Shown piece after piece: positions 1 to 8,807 of a stretch of DNA of 20,000 bases. The translations under genes were made by a program, and so were the position numbers. The notes beneath the pieces are model-generated. The model did no database searches. It worked only from the letters and a program-made list of their open reading frames with translations, and was not told where the DNA came from. The DNA lies in assembly GCA_041690595.1 (NCBI GenBank), contig JAWLHB010000020.1, positions 121,233 through 141,232 on the forward strand, given 5' to 3'. How positions within the stretch are numbered: the first letter of the stretch is position 1; every line of letters starts with the position of its first letter. This stretch comes from Lentisphaeria bacterium. GTDB lineage: Bacteria; Verrucomicrobiota; Lentisphaeria; JABSQK01; JAWLHB01.

Positions 1-2051
1 CCGTCAAGATTCCAACGATCGACGAAGACGATACGAACAAGTTCAAGGAGCTGCTCACCCGGGCGGCCGTGCTCGAGTTCCGCATGGTGCATCCCGAGAG
101 CGGCGACTTTGAGCAGCTCGAGCGGGAACGGCAGCAGGAAGATCCCGATTACGTCCATCAGGTGCTGGGCTATGAGCGCAAGGTTCATGAGTACGACATG
201 AAGGGGCAGTCCCGCCGTGAAGTTTTATGGCTGAGCACGGAAGAACAGAAGCTGAGTGGCCAGAACATCACCGACGCTCATCCCACCGCGGGCGAATTCG
301 GCCAGTTGCAGATTGCCTTCACCCTCGATACGGAAGGGGCCATCGCCTTTGGTGAACTGACCGGCGCGAATGTCGGGCAGCGGATGGCTATCGTGCTTGA
401 CGGCACCGTTTACAGTGCCCCCAACATCAATGACCGAATTGGTGGCGGGCGCGGCGTCATCACTGGCAGCTTCACGCAGGATGAAGCCTCGCAGTTGGCC
501 ATCGTCCTCAAGAGCGGCAACCTGCCCGTGCAGACCCGGCTTGAAGGTGTCAACATGACGGCGCCGACGCTGGGTATCGAGTCCATCCGCAGTGGCGCGA
601 TGGCCGCCGTTGTCGGTATTATCCTCGTCATTCTCTTTATGGTCACCTATTATTTCCGTTCTGGCGTCATTGCCACGATCGCGCTGGTGCTCAACATGCT
701 CATCGTGATGGGGACGCTGCCAATTCTGGACGCCACCATCACCCTGCCAGGCCTTGCGGGTATCGTCCTGACGATTGGTATGGCGGTGGACGCCAACGTC
801 CTCATCTTCGAGCGTATTCGAGAAGAGCTGAAGACCGGCAAGTCCATCCAGAACGCGATCAGCCGCGGCTACAGTTCCGCCTTCTCCACCATTCTGGATG
901 CGAACCTGACGACCCTCTTCACCGCCTTCATTCTGGTGAAGTTCGGTTCCGGCCCGATCAAGGGCTTCGGTGTGACCTTGAGCATCGGTATCATCGCCAG
1001 CATGTTCACCGCGCTCTTCGTTACCCGCACCATCTACGACACGCTGCTCAAGTACGACCTGATTCACAAGCTGCGCATGATGCAGTTCCTGGAACCCGGC
1101 CATGTCCGCTTCTTCGACTATCGCAAGCTGGCTTACCTGGTCTCCGCCGGCTTCATCCTCCTGGCCTTGATAACCATCGTCGTCCGCGGCGGTAGCGCGT
1201 TGAGCGTCGATTTCCGCGGTGGCACGGCTATCAGTTTCCAGTACGAGGAAACCGTATCCAACCAGCAGATTGCAAAGACGCTCGAACAGAATGAGCAGTT
1301 GGGGGTGCGCGACGTCCGGGTGAACTATAAGAGTTCGACCCTCAAGGAAGGGCGCCTGATGGAAGTGGTCGTCACCAAGCAGTTCAGCGACGAAGTCGAT
1401 CCAGGCACCCTGATTGCCGGCATCATCAATGCGGCGCATCCGGAGATGAAAGCCAGGGTTGCGTCGGTGGAACTGGTGGGTGCGATGGTCGGCTCTCAGT
1501 TCACCTGGAGCGCCATCAAGGCGGTCATTCTGGCTTTGATCATGATCATCATCTACATTGCCATCCGTTTCGAGTTCAGCTATGCTATTGGCGCCGTGGT
1601 CTGTCTGGCGCACGACGTGATCATCGGCTTGGGAATCTACCTGATGTGGGGCTTCGGCGATCGGCAGATTTCGCTGACCGTCATTGCCGCCATCCTCACG
1701 ATCATCGGCTATTCGCTCAACGATACCATTGTGGTCTTTGACCGAATCCGGGAGAATGTGGGGCTGTTGCGTAAGACCAACTTCGCCGAGATCTGCTCCA
1801 TCAGCATCAACCAGACGCTCAGCCGTACGATCCTCACCTCGTTGACCACCTTGCTCGTTGTCGTTATCCTCTACCTCTTTGGTGGTGGTGCGATCAATGA
1901 CTTCTCCCTGATCATGATGGTGGGTATCGTCGTCGGTACCTATTCGTCAATCTTCGTAGCTACACCGGTGATGATATATATCCAGACTCGTGTCATGCAC
2001 AAGAAGAGCTTGCTTGCGGAAGGTGCGAGCACCAGCAAGACACCGGCATAG
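1..2051 (+). CDS. secDF: Protein translocase subunit SecDF (fused SecD-SecF), 5'-truncated by the window edge
   Basis: The frame is open from base 3 (VKIPTIDEDDTNKFKELLTRAAVLEF...), so the GTG at 69 is not the true start. SecD motifs (MAIVLDG..SAP, GMAVDANVLIFERIREE) and SecF motifs (VDFRGG, GYSLNDTIVVFDRIREN, GTYSSIFVA) lie in one ORF. Confidence 0.97.
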   Translation, partial: VKIPTIDEDDTNKFKELLTRAAVLEFRMVHPESGDFEQLERERQQEDPDYVHQVLGYERKVHEYDMKGQSRREVLWLSTEEQKLSGQNITDAHPTAGEFGQLQIAFTLDTEGAIAFGELTGANVGQRMAIVLDGTVYSAPNINDRIGGGRGVITGSFTQDEASQLAIVLKSGNLPVQTRLEGVNMTAPTLGIESIRSGAMAAVVGIILVILFMVTYYFRSGVIATIALVLNMLIVMGTLPILDATITLPGLAGIVLTIGMAVDANVLIFERIREELKTGKSIQNAISRGYSSAFSTILDANLTTLFTAFILVKFGSGPIKGFGVTLSIGIIASMFTALFVTRTIYDTLLKYDLIHKLRMMQFLEPGHVRFFDYRKLAYLVSAGFILLALITIVVRGGSALSVDFRGGTAISFQYEETVSNQQIAKTLEQNEQLGVRDVRVNYKSSTLKEGRLMEVVVTKQFSDEVDPGTLIAGIINAAHPEMKARVASVELVGAMVGSQFTWSAIKAVILALIMIIIYIAIRFEFSYAIGAVVCLAHDVIIGLGIYLMWGFGDRQISLTVIAAILTIIGYSLNDTIVVFDRIRENVGLLRKTNFAEICSISINQTLSRTILTSLTTLLVVVILYLFGGGAINDFSLIMMVGIVVGTYSSIFVATPVMIYIQTRVMHKKSLLAEGASTSKTPA

Positions 2052-2060
2052 CGGCGTTAC

Positions 2061-2771
2061 GTGGACACTTCTCCGCCAAGGCAGGGGGTCGGCAAGATGT
2101 TCGACCGCATTGCCGGTCGCTATGATTTGCTGAATCACCTGTTGTCCGCGGGTCAGGATTGGGTGTGGCGCAGGCGGCTTGCCGGCGCCATGCGTCGCGG
2201 CGCTGCCGTGCGGGTCCTCGATCTGGCGACCGGAACCGGCGATCAGCTTCTGGCGCTCGACAGGCGACTCGACCTCGAATTGGGGATCGGCATCGACATC
2301 TCCTGGGGGATGCTTCACCTGGGCCACCGCAAGCTGCGCGACAGGAAGGTCCACGACCACCTGCACATGGTCCATGGCGATGCGTTGGCCCTGCCGCTTC
2401 CGGATCACGTTGTCGATGCGGTTACCATCAGCTTCGGCATTCGCAACGTCAGCGACATGGATCTTGCCCTGCGTGAGATGCACCGTGTCTTGAAACCCGG
2501 CGGTCAAGTGTATATTCTGGAATTCGGGTTGCCCGATAATCGGCTGCTGCGTCGTCTCTACCTTTTTTATTTCCGTCACCTTCTGCCACATCTCGGGGGC
2601 TTGCTTTCCGGGGATATCAAAGCGTATCAGTACTTGAACAAGACGGTGGAGACCTTTCCCTACGGTTCTGACTTTGGCGCCCATCTGGAACGGGCCGGTT
2701 TCACCGCTGTCTCGGCACGCCCCATGACCTTCGGCGTTGCATATCTGTATACAGGTACACGTAACTCCTGA
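2061..2771 (+). CDS. menG: Demethylmenaquinone methyltransferase (MenG/UbiE family)
   Basis: Motifs MFDRIAGRYDLLNHLLSAG, SAM-binding VLDLATGTGD, ISFGIRNV, EMHRVLKPGG and AYQYL. Sits directly upstream of menF and menD. Confidence 0.93.
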   Translation: MDTSPPRQGVGKMFDRIAGRYDLLNHLLSAGQDWVWRRRLAGAMRRGAAVRVLDLATGTGDQLLALDRRLDLELGIGIDISWGMLHLGHRKLRDRKVHDHLHMVHGDALALPLPDHVVDAVTISFGIRNVSDMDLALREMHRVLKPGGQVYILEFGLPDNRLLRRLYLFYFRHLLPHLGGLLSGDIKAYQYLNKTVETFPYGSDFGAHLERAGFTAVSARPMTFGVAYLYTGTRNS

Positions 2772-4189
2772 TGACCATCCTCTCCTATCTATCGCTCGAT
2801 GAAGCACGCCAGCAGCTGGTGCGTGACCTGCGCGCCGCCATCGGCCGCGACCCGGCGGCCAGCATCTGTCGCGCGGAGGTAGAGATTGAACCCGTTGACT
2901 GCCTGCCCTGGCTGACGGCCCAAGGTGCCGATCACTCCATGTACTGGTCCGACCGCATCAACACCTTCGAAGTTGCGGCGACCGGCGAGTGCGATCGCCT
3001 CTGGTATCCGGATCGGGTGACGGTCGAGGAAGTCTTTGCGGCGGTGCATGAGCGCCTCGACGGCAGTGACCCGGAGGCGCGGTACTATGGCGGCATCGCC
3101 TTTGTCTCCGATGCGTGTGAAAAGCCCCGTGAAGAGAAGTGGAAGCCCTTTGGCGCCGCGCGCTTCTCGCTGCCGCGGCTTGAACTCATTCGGCGGGAAA
3201 AGCGCACCTTTCTGGCGTGCAACATGCGCGCCAGCGCGGCCGGTGGCTGGGAGGAGGAGATCGCTGCCAGTGAAGCGGCCTTGGCGAGCATGGTAGCCAC
3301 CACGGCATCCGTACCGATCCTCCCGCCCCTGCACCTGGTCAGGCGCCACCATCAGCCGGAGATGGAGGGATGGAACGCGCTCTTCGAGAGGGTGGTGGAC
3401 GCGCTGCGGAGCGGAAGCCTCGAGAAGGTCGTGCTGGCACGTTGCTCCACCTGCGAGCTGGATCGGCTGGTCACGCCGGCCGCCCTGCTGAGCCGCCTTG
3501 CCGCCATCACGCCCAACTGTTTTCATTTCGCTTTCCAGTATAACCGGGAGACGGCGTTCATCGGCGCGACCCCCGAATTACTTTGTTCCCGCCGCGGCCG
3601 ACATGTCTGCACCGAAGCCATTGCCGGGACCCGCCGCCGGGGTGTATGCGCGGCGGACGACGATCGCCTGGGGCATGAGCTTCTGACTTCGGACAAGGAT
3701 CGGCGGGAGCATGGCTTTGTGGTCGATTCGGTCGAAGCGGCACTGGCGCCACTTTGTCATGCCGTGGAGCGTGACGCGGTGGGGCTGCTGAAGCTGGCGA
3801 ACGTTCAGCATCTCTGCCAGCACATGAGCGCGGAACTCAATCAAGGTGCCTCGGATGCCGACCTGGTGGCGGCGCTCCATCCCACTCCGGCCGTGGGTGG
3901 CTGGCCAACCGACGCGGCGCGTGATCTGATCGGTGTGCTCGAGCCCTTCGATCGTGGCTGGTATGCCGGGCCCGTGGGCTGGATCGGCGCGGGGGGGCTG
4001 CAGCTTGGCGTCGGCATTCGTTCGGGGCTGCTCTCGGGCCGCAGCCTCAGTCTCTATTCCGGCGCGGGGCTGGTTCGCGATTCCGTAGCCGAGCAGGAGT
4101 GGCAGGAGATCGAAGACAAGCTCTCCTCGTTCATCAAGGGGCTGCTGCACTATCAGGGAGGGGATGGCGATGGAGACGGGGGAGCGTAA
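2771..4189 (+). CDS. menF: Isochorismate synthase (menaquinone-specific)
   Basis: Chorismate-binding motifs KVVLAR, GATPELL, EAIAGT, KDRREH, NVQHL, LHPTPAVGG, RGWYAGPVG and YSGAG. TGATG stop/start overlap with menG. Confidence 0.93.
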   Translation: MTILSYLSLDEARQQLVRDLRAAIGRDPAASICRAEVEIEPVDCLPWLTAQGADHSMYWSDRINTFEVAATGECDRLWYPDRVTVEEVFAAVHERLDGSDPEARYYGGIAFVSDACEKPREEKWKPFGAARFSLPRLELIRREKRTFLACNMRASAAGGWEEEIAASEAALASMVATTASVPILPPLHLVRRHHQPEMEGWNALFERVVDALRSGSLEKVVLARCSTCELDRLVTPAALLSRLAAITPNCFHFAFQYNRETAFIGATPELLCSRRGRHVCTEAIAGTRRRGVCAADDDRLGHELLTSDKDRREHGFVVDSVEAALAPLCHAVERDAVGLLKLANVQHLCQHMSAELNQGASDADLVAALHPTPAVGGWPTDAARDLIGVLEPFDRGWYAGPVGWIGAGGLQLGVGIRSGLLSGRSLSLYSGAGLVRDSVAEQEWQEIEDKLSSFIKGLLHYQGGDGDGDGGA

Positions 4190-5852
4190 CTTCCTGTGGG
4201 CCAGGCTGATGATCGAGGAGCTGTGGCGTCTTGGCGCCCGCTGCTTCTGCCTGGCTCCCGGTTCGCGCTGCACGCCGCTGACCGCCGCGGTGGCCATGCA
4301 TGGCGGCATTCGATCCGTTCAGCATTTCGATGAACGCGGACTCGCTTACCATGCTCTGGGGCAGACCCGGGCGACCGGGCTGCCGGCAGTGCTGATCTGC
4401 ACCTCGGGTACCGCCGCGGCCAATTTCGCGCCGGCGGTCGCCGAAGCTGCCATGGATCGGCTGCCGATGCTCATGCTGACCGCTGATCGACCTCCCGAGC
4501 TGCGTGACGCCCAGGCCAATCAGGCCATCGACCAGGTACGACTCTTCGGCGGCTCTCTGCGCTGGCAATTCGATCTGCCCTGCCCAGACGATGAGATGGC
4601 TCCACAGGCCGTGTTGACGACAATGGATCAGGCCTGGCGGCGGGCTCTTGGCCCCATTGCCGGCCCGGTGCAGATCAACTGCATGTACCGCCAGCCCTTT
4701 CTGCCGGCCCAGTTGCCGTCCACGCTGAACTTCTCGTGGGCCACCGATGGTCCCTACACGGTGCACCGGCCATCGATCCCCCTGCCGGATGATGGCACCA
4801 TGGCGTCGGCGGTGGAGCTGCTGCGCTCGGCGGCGCGGCCCATGGTGCTCATCGGAGGACTGCGCTCCGCGGCCGAGCAGACGGCCGTGCGGGAGTTGGT
4901 GCATCATCTTCGGCTGCCGACTGTCGCCGACATCACCTCGGGGCTGCGTCTTGGTCGACCCGATCCCTGTTGTCTGGCTCATTTCGAGATGCTTTGGAAG
5001 CAGCCGTCCTTTCGTGAGGCATGGCGGCCGGATCTCATTCTGCGGATTGGGGGACGCTTTGTCGGCAAGGCAGTCGAACTGCTGCTGGCGGCAGGCTGTG
5101 CGACACAAGGGATCCGCGTGCAGTCCCACCCGGAGCGCGATGACCCGTTTCACCTGGGGGGACTCGTGGTGGAAGGCGAGCTGGTGACAATCTGCGAGCG
5201 TCTGCGGGCTGCCGTGCCATCGGCGGAACCCGTTGAATGGCTGCTCGCCGCGGATCGCCGGATGGCCGACCGGTTGACCGCTTCCACTGGCGAGGTGGCG
5301 GCAGCACGCCTGGTGGAGGCCGACCTGCAGACCGGTGAAGGGCTTTTTCTCGGGGCGAGCCTGCCCGTGCGTCATTTCAATACCTTTGCGACTGGCGACG
5401 GCGCTCCGGTGCCGGTGGGGGCGAATCGCGGCGCAAGCGGTATTGACGGAACGGTGGCCGCGGCAGCGGGCTTCGCACAGGGGGTGCGGCGGCCGGTGAC
5501 GCTTGTTCTCGGGGATCTGGCACTGCTGCACGATCTCAACTCGTTGGCGCTCCTGGGTGGCTTGGAGCATGCCGTGCGAGTGATCGTCTTCAACAATGGG
5601 GGAGGGGGCATCTTCTCCCTCTTGCCGATTGCGGATCAGGCTCAGCTCCATGAGCGCTATTTCTTCACTCCGCATGGTTGGCGCTTCGAACATGCGGCGG
5701 CAATGTTCCACCTGCCGTACTTTCCGGCGGATGGTGAAGGCTCGCTGCGGGAGATGCTGTCACGGTCTCGCCGGGGCGGGGGATCGTGCCTGATCGAGGT
5801 TGTCACCGGGCCGGAAGACTACAAGCGCACCATGGCCGAGCTGACCCGGTAG
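4164..5852 (+). CDS. menD: SEPHCHC synthase (ThDP-dependent)
   Basis: Motifs APGSR.TPL, DERG, CTSGTAAAN, LTADRP, GPVQIN, ANRGASGIDG and the ThDP motif GDLALLHDLN...NNGGGGIF. The start may be ATG 4170, since GGAGG at 4157-4161 is better spaced to it. Overlaps the 3' end of menF. Confidence 0.95.
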   Translation: MAMETGERNFLWARLMIEELWRLGARCFCLAPGSRCTPLTAAVAMHGGIRSVQHFDERGLAYHALGQTRATGLPAVLICTSGTAAANFAPAVAEAAMDRLPMLMLTADRPPELRDAQANQAIDQVRLFGGSLRWQFDLPCPDDEMAPQAVLTTMDQAWRRALGPIAGPVQINCMYRQPFLPAQLPSTLNFSWATDGPYTVHRPSIPLPDDGTMASAVELLRSAARPMVLIGGLRSAAEQTAVRELVHHLRLPTVADITSGLRLGRPDPCCLAHFEMLWKQPSFREAWRPDLILRIGGRFVGKAVELLLAAGCATQGIRVQSHPERDDPFHLGGLVVEGELVTICERLRAAVPSAEPVEWLLAADRRMADRLTASTGEVAAARLVEADLQTGEGLFLGASLPVRHFNTFATGDGAPVPVGANRGASGIDGTVAAAAGFAQGVRRPVTLVLGDLALLHDLNSLALLGGLEHAVRVIVFNNGGGGIFSLLPIADQAQLHERYFFTPHGWRFEHAAAMFHLPYFPADGEGSLREMLSRSRRGGGSCLIEVVTGPEDYKRTMAELTR

Positions 5853-5860
5853 GGATCCAC

Positions 5861-7099
5861 TCAGCGGATCATCTGCCGGCCCACTTCGCGATAGGCGAAG
5901 AGACCGAAGGCCAGCACGGTGAACATGCCGATGAAGAGGAAGATGTAGACGATCCCGAAGCCAAGGTAGTGCAGCGGGATCATCTTCCCCGCGGCCAGGG
6001 CATCGGCCATCCAGAAGAGCTGCCAGTTTGGAATCAGCGCGTGCAGCACATCGGCAATCTGGTTCTTGGTGACATAGATGAAGCGGGCCGCGGCCTGCAG
6101 GGCGGTTGAGGGCTCCTGCAGATAGATCTTGTGGTTAAGGGCATGTATGCCGCGTATCAGCAAGGCTCCATTGATCAGGGCGAAGCTCAGGTGCAGCTCC
6201 CATTTTCCAATGCGCTTCAGGCGACGGTCGGCAAAATGCTTGGCGGTGAGTATCCAGAAGCCCAGGAAGAAGGGAAGAAGAATGAAGTACCACAGGTGCA
6301 TGGCCTGCAGCACCTGCTCCAGCTTCAGCTCGCGCAACTGAAGGTGAAAATAATCGGACATGAGGCCGAGCAGGAAGAAGATGGCGCAGATGCTCAGATT
6401 GGCGACCAGGCTGAACTGCGTGGAGAGGGCGGTGGCCAGCGTACCCATGGCCCAGACCGAAAACAACACCAGCAGGATTGCCAGAACCAGGTTCGCCGAG
6501 TAGCGCGGATAGTGATCGGTATAGCTTCCATAGCTGTATTCGGGTACGAAGAAGACGACAACCAGCATGACGCCGTAGAGGACGGCCATGCAGGTGGTGG
6601 CCTGTGCCGAAAAGGACGACTTCTTCAGGTAGTTCATCAGCGCGCCATAGCCGCATGCAATAAAGAGTATGGCGAAGAAGGTTGAGTAGATGTAGATGTC
6701 GAAACGGAACTGATCCACCGCCATGCGCAAGGCCAACATCACCGCGATCCCCGTGATCCAGACAAAGAGGGTCAGTGCCGTGAGAATCCCGATCACCTTG
6801 GCAATGATGAAGACGGCGCGATTCACCGGCTTGGAGAGGATGAGGAGAACGGTTCCGGTGTCGATCTCGCGGGCAATGGCATGGCTGGCGCAGAGAACCG
6901 CGGTAATCCATCCGAAGACCATGACCGTCGCCAAGGCGCCATCCGTGACCATTTTTTCCTGTTCACGAAAGACATAGAGGGCCATGACGGGGTAGTTGCC
7001 GATGATGGCCTGCGTGGTCAGCAGGAGGATCACATAGATCGGCTGACGTATGCATTCCCGAAAGGTATTGCGCGCGATGTGGTAAATGCTCTGCAGCAC
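5861..7099 (-). CDS. ABC-2/ABC transporter permease-like polytopic membrane protein
   Basis: N-terminal IARNTFRECIRQP, the EIDTGTVLLILSKPVNR..FIIAK.IG motif typical of ABC-2-type permeases, about 8 hydrophobic segments and a C-terminal F..RE. Confidence 0.75.
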   Translation of the reverse strand: MLQSIYHIARNTFRECIRQPIYVILLLTTQAIIGNYPVMALYVFREQEKMVTDGALATVMVFGWITAVLCASHAIAREIDTGTVLLILSKPVNRAVFIIAKVIGILTALTLFVWITGIAVMLALRMAVDQFRFDIYIYSTFFAILFIACGYGALMNYLKKSSFSAQATTCMAVLYGVMLVVVFFVPEYSYGSYTDHYPRYSANLVLAILLVLFSVWAMGTLATALSTQFSLVANLSICAIFFLLGLMSDYFHLQLRELKLEQVLQAMHLWYFILLPFFLGFWILTAKHFADRRLKRIGKWELHLSFALINGALLIRGIHALNHKIYLQEPSTALQAAARFIYVTKNQIADVLHALIPNWQLFWMADALAAGKMIPLHYLGFGIVYIFLFIGMFTVLAFGLFAYREVGRQMIR

Positions 7100-7155
7100 C
7101 GTTGCCTACAAGGGGCTGATGGTGGAAGTTCGCCGTCCGATGAGCGGCTCCGCGA

Positions 7156-7746
7156 TCACTCTCCGGGGTCGGCTTCCGGCTGGGGCGTATCCGATGGGCC
7201 GAACCGGCGCCGTACACCCTCGACTCCCTTTTCCTTGATCAGGTTGTTCCGGTCGTCGAAGTGTTCCATCTGCTTCTTGTACTGCTTGGGCAGTTTGGGC
7301 AGATCGAGCAGGCTGGCAACCGACTGAGCGATACGCTCCCAGTTGTCATTGCGAAAGACGGTGACAGTCACATCGTTGCCCAACTGGTCGATATAGGATT
7401 GCGGGGCATAGCGCTCGTTGCCGAGGAAAAGCACCGTCTTTGGGCGAAGGGTATAGATGAACTCGGTGAAGCGGTCACTGCCAATGCCCATGGACTCGCC
7501 GTTGTAGTGAAGCATGTATAGCTTGTCATCGCTGCTGCTGGCCGGCAGGAAGAGGATCGGTAACTCGGTGTGGTATTGGATCAATTCCGCCAGGACACGA
7601 GACTTGACGAAGTTTCCCGTGACAATGATGGTATGGGGTGGATCCTTCTTGAACCAACTGAAAGGATTGTACCAGGAGGCTTGGGTCGTAGCGCCAAGCA
7701 GGATGGTTGTCGTCAAGACGAGGACAAAACGGGAAGGGCGGTGCAT
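7156..7746 (-). CDS. Secreted hypothetical protein, possibly a cell-wall-binding-repeat-2-like alpha/beta fold
   Basis: ATG at 7746 gives a signal peptide (MHRPSRFVLVLTTTILLGATTQA). Codon usage matches the core genes. The fold guess rests on the pattern PILF...PKTVLFLG..YAP..YIDQL...VTVF..DNWERIA. Confidence 0.65.
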   Translation of the reverse strand: MHRPSRFVLVLTTTILLGATTQASWYNPFSWFKKDPPHTIIVTGNFVKSRVLAELIQYHTELPILFLPASSSDDKLYMLHYNGESMGIGSDRFTEFIYTLRPKTVLFLGNERYAPQSYIDQLGNDVTVTVFRNDNWERIAQSVASLLDLPKLPKQYKKQMEHFDDRNNLIKEKGVEGVRRRFGPSDTPQPEADPGE

Positions 7747-7805
7747 GTGAGAAAGACTCCTTAAGACTCGAACTAGTCCTGCCGAGCAGGGAAGATGGCT
7801 CCGTA

Positions 7806-7834
7806 TGGACAATGGTTATCCGCGGGTATATTCT
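7806..7834 (+). promoter_or_regulatory. Putative sigma70 promoter for the PurN-like gene
   Basis: TGGACA (7806-7811), 17 bp, TATTCT (7829-7834), in the divergent intergenic region. Confidence 0.4.
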
Positions 7835-7904
7835 AAGCATCCATAGCAGTTGTGTCAACAAGCTTCGGGAGAAATTCCCGATCCATCCGCGGGGAAATAT
7901 CTGC

Positions 7905-8807
7905 ATGTCTTCGATTCGTCCGTTGCTGCCTGCCTTGAAGGGCGCGGTACCGCGTGCCGCCATCTTCATGAGCGGGAGTGGCTCCAACGCCGAAAAACTC
8001 CTGGAACGCTGGCGCCGTGAGAGCCCGCCTCTGGAGATTGTCGCGCTTGTCACCGACCGGCCGGAGAGCAGCCGGGCCATGGAACTCGGTGCCACCTATG
8101 ACGTTCCAGTCATCCGCCATGATATCCGGGCCTTCTATTTCGACCGGGGCTGCCGGCGCATCACCATCGCCACTCCTGAGGGACGCCGGATTCGCCAGGA
8201 ATGGACTGACGAACTTCGCGTCAGGCTCGCTTCCTTCGACATTGATTTCGGGCTTTTTGCCGGTTTCGTGCCGCTGACGAATCTGACGCGCCACCTGCCC
8301 TGCCTGAACGTCCATCCCGGTGATCTGACCTGGCTCAAGGATGGGGAACGCCACCTGGTGGGGCTGCACACCATTCCCATCGAGCGGGCCATTCTGGAGG
8401 GGCTCGGCTATCTGCGCACCAGCGTCATCCTCGCCGAATCCTATTCGGGCAAGGGCGATGACATGGACAGCGGCCCCATTCTGGGCATCTCCGGCAAGGT
8501 GATCATCGATCTGCAGGGAGCCTCGCTGGCTGAGCTGCGGGAGCTTGCCGCCGCGCGTCCCGTGCAGCGCCCGGTGGGGGGCTTTTGCGATCGCCTGGAA
8601 GCGATTGCCGAGCATAACCAGGAGCTACTCAAGAGAGGCGGCGACTGGGTTGTCTTTCCGGAGGTGGTATGGGCCTTCGCGGGCAATCGGTATGCGGTCG
8701 ATGGCGGCGGTGGGCTGCTGTACCGTCAGGCGGACGCGTGGCAGCCTGTGCGCACCGTGATCTATGATGGCAATGGCGTCGAGCTGGTGGAGCGCGAAGG
8801 CGGTTAG
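7905..8807 (+). CDS. purN: PurN-like formyltransferase (GAR transformylase family), long variant
   Basis: Phosphate loop AIFMSGSGSN, LVTD, FAGF, and catalytic LNVHP and DMDSGPI. The likely start is ATG 7905 rather than 7707. Confidence 0.72.
   Translation: MSSIRPLLPALKGAVPRAAIFMSGSGSNAEKLLERWRRESPPLEIVALVTDRPESSRAMELGATYDVPVIRHDIRAFYFDRGCRRITIATPEGRRIRQEWTDELRVRLASFDIDFGLFAGFVPLTNLTRHLPCLNVHPGDLTWLKDGERHLVGLHTIPIERAILEGLGYLRTSVILAESYSGKGDDMDSGPILGISGKVIIDLQGASLAELRELAAARPVQRPVGGFCDRLEAIAEHNQELLKRGGDWVVFPEVVWAFAGNRYAVDGGGGLLYRQADAWQPVRTVIYDGNGVELVEREGG

Noticed and set aside
7747..7904. Possible ZTP (pfl) or purine riboswitch upstream of the PurN-like gene
   Set aside because: The conserved ZTP and purine riboswitch sequence elements are not recognisable, and the leader after the predicted promoter is short.
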